From: a virus
Taxonomy: Duplodnaviria; Heunggongvirae; Uroviricota; Caudoviricetes
Direction: 5' to 3' (one strand)
IMG/VR virus record: IMGVR_UViG_2627853765_000005
Length of the DNA: 7,832 nucleotides
The position numbers and the translations under genes are program-made. Below are positions 6,980 to 7,832 of this stretch, piece after piece (the first letter of the stretch is position 1; each line of letters begins with the position of its first letter). The notes beneath the pieces were generated by a model. The model ran no database searches. It had not been told where the DNA came from and saw only the letters and a list, made by a program, of their open reading frames with translations.

Positions 6980-7513
6980 TCATTCTGGTTGTTCGGGAAA
7001 CGTTACTGGCAGGCTGGAGGTGTCTGTAGATTCGACTTTCTGCGCATAGAGCATCCACTCGGTTAATTTTTGTTTATTCTCGTCGGAAATGATGCCCAGC
7101 CGTAGCTGTGAGTCCCATAGCTGGGTTTTATCCCTGACAAGTTGCAACAGGCTTTGCTTTTCATTTTCCGCTTGTTGCCTCTGCTCTTCCTCGGTATAAG
7201 TTCGCTTTATCACTACGCCATCTTTGAACAACCATTTCCCCGAAATATCAGCCCGGCGATTTGCTGTAATATCAGGTAATTCAACGACGCTTGCGCCTTC
7301 CGGATTAATTGCTGAAACATCCTTTTCAATACAAATAATAACGCCGTTATGGTCATAGACCATTTTCAAAGTGTCTGGCTGGAAATTCTTTTGCTCCTCA
7401 TACCAGTTTTTTCCATCATCTGAATAAAGCCATTTGATGTTAAATTGCTTTGTTAGCTGGTATTGCTCTTTTGTTTTAGGGTTGCCAGCAGTAATGTTTT
7501 TTAAGTGCATCAT
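6980..7513 (-). CDS. Tail fibre assembly protein, second copy (Tfa / Mu U' equivalent, 177 aa)
   Basis: Protein [24 protein letters not shown]...[30 protein letters not shown]... is a paralogue of the 6424-6951 product. GGGGAG lies 9 nt upstream of the ATGATG start at 7513. Confidence 0.85.
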   Translation of the reverse strand: MMHLKNITAGNPKTKEQYQLTKQFNIKWLYSDDGKNWYEEQKNFQPDTLKMVYDHNGVIICIEKDVSAINPEGASVVELPDITANRRADISGKWLFKDGVVIKRTYTEEEQRQQAENEKQSLLQLVRDKTQLWDSQLRLGIISDENKQKLTEWMLYAQKVESTDTSSLPVTFPEQPE

Positions 7514-7515
7514 CG

Positions 7516-7802
7516 TTAAATACTCCCCGCGTTATACCACGTCCCATTAATGCAATACTGAATTGGCCTTGCCTGTGTTGTATCAATTAATTCATCACGG
7601 TTTCCGTTAACTGAACCCGTAACGACATAACCTGACCTGTCAGACCAGCCGGGACCATTCCATGTCTGAACAGATGACAGACCGCCAAGGCGAATACCTG
7701 TAATAAACCTTGAGTTACATTCTGCCCGCGTATATGCACCAACATCTCCCGCTGAAGGTTTTCGTGTCGTGGTATAGAAATCTGACCAACCTAATTCAAC
7801 CC
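7516..7802 (-). pseudogene. Second tail fibre C-terminal cassette (Sv' equivalent), 3' part only; its 5' part is interrupted by IS1
   Basis: My manual minus-strand translation is open for 96 codons from the IS1 junction to a TAA at 7516-7518: ...GAYTRAECNSRFITGIRLGGLSSVQTWNGPGW...QARPIQYCINGTWYNAGSI*. The C-terminus parallels ...RPIQKYINGTWYNVAQV of the plus-strand cassette. There is no start codon before IS1 begins at 7803. Confidence 0.75.
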
Positions 7803-7832
7803 GGTAATGACTCCAACTTATTGATAGTGTTT
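7803..7832 (-). mobile_element. IS1 copy, first 30 bp only (IRR end); rest lies right of the window
   Basis: GGTAATGACTCCAACTTATTGATAGTGTTT matches the IS1 IRR terminus and 137-166 at 29 of 30 positions. It is in the same orientation as the complete copy. Confidence 0.85.

Noticed and set aside
1-7832. CRISPR arrays, tRNA or rRNA genes, or a second gix site
   Set aside because: No regularly spaced direct repeats, no cloverleaf-like or rRNA-like sequence, and no second copy of the CCTGTAAACC / GGTTTACAGG crossover core anywhere in the window on either strand.

Overview
This window is an IS1-riddled, degraded prophage tail region of the kind seen in E. coli/Shigella; I see no evidence of a novel system. 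Every long ORF maps to a known phage or IS family, assigned from protein motifs and gene order I recognise, not from any database search. Layout: an IS1 end (1-28), a complete 768-bp IS1 (137-904, insA/insB on the minus strand), then plus-strand P2-like tail genes: a short 3' stub of an upstream tail gene, a gpE-like tail assembly chaperone (1018-1392) with an E' -1 frame extension (1350-1556), the tape measure protein (about 1543-4350) and a gpU-like protein (4357-4851). A bidirectional terminator hairpin follows, then a Gin/Pin/Hin-family serine DNA invertase (4880-5479, minus), a 26-bp gix-like crossover site (5534-5559) and a Mu G-segment-style tail-fibre cassette set: fibre C-terminal cassette (5584-6420, +), tail fibre assembly gene (6424-6951, +), a second assembly gene (6980-7513, -) and a second fibre cassette (7516-7802, -) cut by a third IS1 starting at 7803. 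The points most worth a second look are the IS1 disruption of the fibre switch, the three same-orientation IS1 copies without matching target duplications, the non-canonical E/E' frameshift region, and the absence of a gpD homologue between gpU and the invertase.
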